This document shows, piece after piece, positions 31,432-33,407 of a DNA stretch of 33,407 bases. The notes beneath the pieces were generated by a model, which was not told the DNA's origin, did not search any database, and was given only the letters and a program-made list of their open reading frames with translations. The translations under genes were made by a program, and so were the position numbers. Origin of the DNA: an uncultured Candidatus Saccharibacteria bacterium (GTDB lineage: Bacteria; Patescibacteriota; Minisyncoccia; UBA6257; UBA9933); contig CAYIEH010000004.1 in assembly GCA_964362385.1 (NCBI GenBank), positions 1 to 33,407 on the forward strand. Reading direction: 5' to 3'. Each line of letters starts with the position of its first letter. The stretch's first letter is position 1.

Positions 31432-32976
31432 ATGAAAAATCAAACCATAGTTCTAATTGTTTTAGACGGATGGGGAATCGGCAAAAAGGATATGTCTAAT
31501 CCGATTAATACCGTTAATCCCCAAAATATAAATTATTTAAAAGCCAATTTCCCAAGCGGAGCTTTGCAAGCTTCGGGAATCGCCGTTGGCTTGCCCTGGG
31601 GCGAAGAAGGAAACAGCGAGGTGGGACACCTGAATATGGGCGCCGGCAGAATTATCTATCAAAATTACCCGAGAATAACCTTGTCTATCCGAGACAACAG
31701 TTTTTTCAAAAATGAGGTCTTAAAAAAAGCGTTTGACCACGCCAAGGAAAATAACTCCAGCGCCAACTTCATAGGCCTTTTAACCGAAGCCAATGTCCAC
31801 GCTTCCTTTGAACATCTGGAAGCTTTGGTTAAATTCGCCCAAAATGAAAATTTCCCGAAGGAAAAGGTTAATTTTCATCTGATAACCGACGGAAGAGACA
31901 GTCCGCCGCAATCGGCTTTAAACCTGATAAAACGCCTTCCCCATCCCGAGCAGTTGGCAAGCGTCTCGGGCAGATATTACGCCATGGACCGGGACAACCA
32001 TTGGGAACGGACAAAAGAAGCCTACAATGCGATGACGGGCCAAGGACTCATGACCGACGATTATGAAACTCATATCCAAAAAACCTACCAAAAAAAATTA
32101 AATGACGAATATGTTCTGCCTATTCTTATAGAGCCGAGCCGTCCGGTTAAAGACAACGACGCGGTTGTTTTCTTTAATTTCAGAGAAGACAGAATGAAAC
32201 AAATCGTCAAATCTTTCATTGAAAAAGATTTCAATAAATTCCCGGTTAAAAATTTTTCCAACTTGTTTATAGCCGCGATGATTCAATATGACGCGACATT
32301 TGATATTCCGGCAGTCTATCCTCCGGACAAAATTGAAAATTGCCTGAGTAAGGTCTTGACTGACAATAAAAAAACTCAGTGGCGAATCGCGGAAACGGAA
32401 AAATACGCCCACATCACTTATTTTTTCAACGGCCAGAAAGAAGCGCCTTTTGAAAACGAATACCGGGTGTTGGTGCCGTCAAAAGTGGAATTTCATTACG
32501 ACGAACACCCTGAAATGATGTCCGCTGAAATCACCGCAAGACTGACGGAAGCGATTGAAGAAAAAGCCTATGATTTTATTCTGGCAAATTACGCCAACAG
32601 CGACATCATCGCCCACACCGGTAATTTCAACGCCGCCGTTGAAGCCGTAAAAACCATTGACGAGCAAATCGGGAAAATAACAAAAGCGGTTTTGAACAAC
32701 GACGCAATTTTAATAATCACCTCGGACCACGGAAATATAGAAAGGATGTTCAATCCTCAAACCGGCGAGCCGGAAACCAAACACGACCCGAATCCGGTGC
32801 CGATTTATTTGATAGCCAACAAATTCAAAAGGCAAAGAACAGAGCAAGAAATCATAAGCTCGGAAAAAGCGCCGATAGGCGTATTGGCGGACATCAGTCC
32901 GACGATTTTAGAATTAATGGGTATTCCAAAGCCTAAAGAAATGACCGCGCAAAGCTTATTGGGACTTTTATTGTAA
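31432..32976 (+). CDS. gpmI: 2,3-bisphosphoglycerate-independent phosphoglycerate mutase
   Basis: VLIVLDGWG, GNSEVGHLNMGAGRI, ITSDHGN. Start set at the ATG at 31432 (MKNQT), not the TTG at 31402 just downstream of the repeat. Confidence 0.9.
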   Translation: MKNQTIVLIVLDGWGIGKKDMSNPINTVNPQNINYLKANFPSGALQASGIAVGLPWGEEGNSEVGHLNMGAGRIIYQNYPRITLSIRDNSFFKNEVLKKAFDHAKENNSSANFIGLLTEANVHASFEHLEALVKFAQNENFPKEKVNFHLITDGRDSPPQSALNLIKRLPHPEQLASVSGRYYAMDRDNHWERTKEAYNAMTGQGLMTDDYETHIQKTYQKKLNDEYVLPILIEPSRPVKDNDAVVFFNFREDRMKQIVKSFIEKDFNKFPVKNFSNLFIAAMIQYDATFDIPAVYPPDKIENCLSKVLTDNKKTQWRIAETEKYAHITYFFNGQKEAPFENEYRVLVPSKVEFHYDEHPEMMSAEITARLTEAIEEKAYDFILANYANSDIIAHTGNFNAAVEAVKTIDEQIGKITKAVLNNDAILIITSDHGNIERMFNPQTGEPETKHDPNPVPIYLIANKFKRQRTEQEIISSEKAPIGVLADISPTILELMGIPKPKEMTAQSLLGLLL

Positions 32977-32991
32977 AGTTGAAAAATCAAA

Positions 32992-33363
32992 ATGGAAAAT
33001 GACAATGTAAAGTTTAAAAATGAATTTAAGAAAAGACTTTATAATTGGGTTTTAAAATTAATAAAGTTTATTGACAGACTTCCGAAAAATTCAGTGTGTT
33101 CAGTTATGGGAAAACAACTTTTAAGAAGCGGCACCAGTGTTTTGGCTAATTATATTGAAGCCAATTCGGCAAGCTCCAAAAAGGATTTTATTAATTTTTT
33201 CACCCACTCGTTAAAATCGGCTAATGAATCTAAAATTTGGCTGTCTTTGTTAAAAGACACCAATAAAGGAGATCAAAACGAATTAAAATGGCTGTTAGGA
33301 GAATTAATCGAAATATCAAATATTATAGCTTCGAGTATTTTGACATTAAAAGGCAAGAAATAA
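32992..33363 (+). CDS. four-helix-bundle protein of the 23S-rRNA-intervening-sequence type
   Basis: GKQLLRSGTSVLANYIEANSASSKKDFINFFTHSLKSANESKIWLSLL, ~120 aa, characteristic of this family. Confidence 0.8.
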   Translation: MENDNVKFKNEFKKRLYNWVLKLIKFIDRLPKNSVCSVMGKQLLRSGTSVLANYIEANSASSKKDFINFFTHSLKSANESKIWLSLLKDTNKGDQNELKWLLGELIEISNIIASSILTLKGKK

Positions 33364-33407
33364 TTTCATCATTTTAAATTGTCATTTTGATTTTTGATAT
33401 TTACATT

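Noticed and set aside
31248-31433. 61-aa minus-strand ORF upstream of gpmI
   Set aside because: It lies almost entirely within a family A/B repeat element, and its sequence is dictated by the palindromes.
1-33407. Alternative genetic code (UGA recoding, as in some CPR lineages)
   Set aside because: TGA is used as a stop at well-defined gene ends (RT, DnaB-like, pyrF). All conserved genes are intact under the standard code.

Overview
By eye this is a low-GC, gene-dense chromosome segment from a streamlined bacterium, probably CPR/Patescibacteria (Parcubacteria-like). No database search was possible. It uses the standard code, with TGA as a stop. Most genes are translation and housekeeping genes: prfA, rplY, ychF, rpsU, hisS, lepB, pth, folD, argS, smpB-ssrA, infC-rpmI-rplT, tuf-rpsJ and infA-rpmJ-rpsM-rpsK-rpsD-rpoA-rplQ. 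There are a few glycolytic and C1 genes (fba, gpmI). Host genes mostly lack Shine-Dalgarno (SD) sequences, and several have promoter-like -10 boxes only 7-10 nt from the ATG. The main finding is a block at about 7.2-11.9 kb on the minus strand whose genes are SD-led and look GC-richer than the flanks. It contains a pyrF + PRTase pair and a retron-like cassette. The cassette runs: near-consensus promoter, then a ~236-nt non-coding region closed by a 16-bp terminal inverted repeat, then a 335-aa retron-type reverse transcriptase (YVDD). The RT is ATGA-coupled to a full-length DnaB-family protein whose catalytic motifs look degenerate, followed by an intrinsic terminator. I do not know of a described retron or defence-RT class with a DnaB-like partner. 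Secondary observations:
- Several families of short palindromic, MITE-like repeats, including a GC-rich one that sits in-frame inside ychF.
- Duplicated pseudo-5' ends upstream of prfA and smpB.
- An RF1 lacking domain 1.
- An RpoA lacking the C-terminal domain.
- A repeat inserted at the 3' end of ssrA.
- A four-helix-bundle (rRNA-IVS type) gene bracketed by inverted repeats.
All motif comparisons are by eye and from memory.
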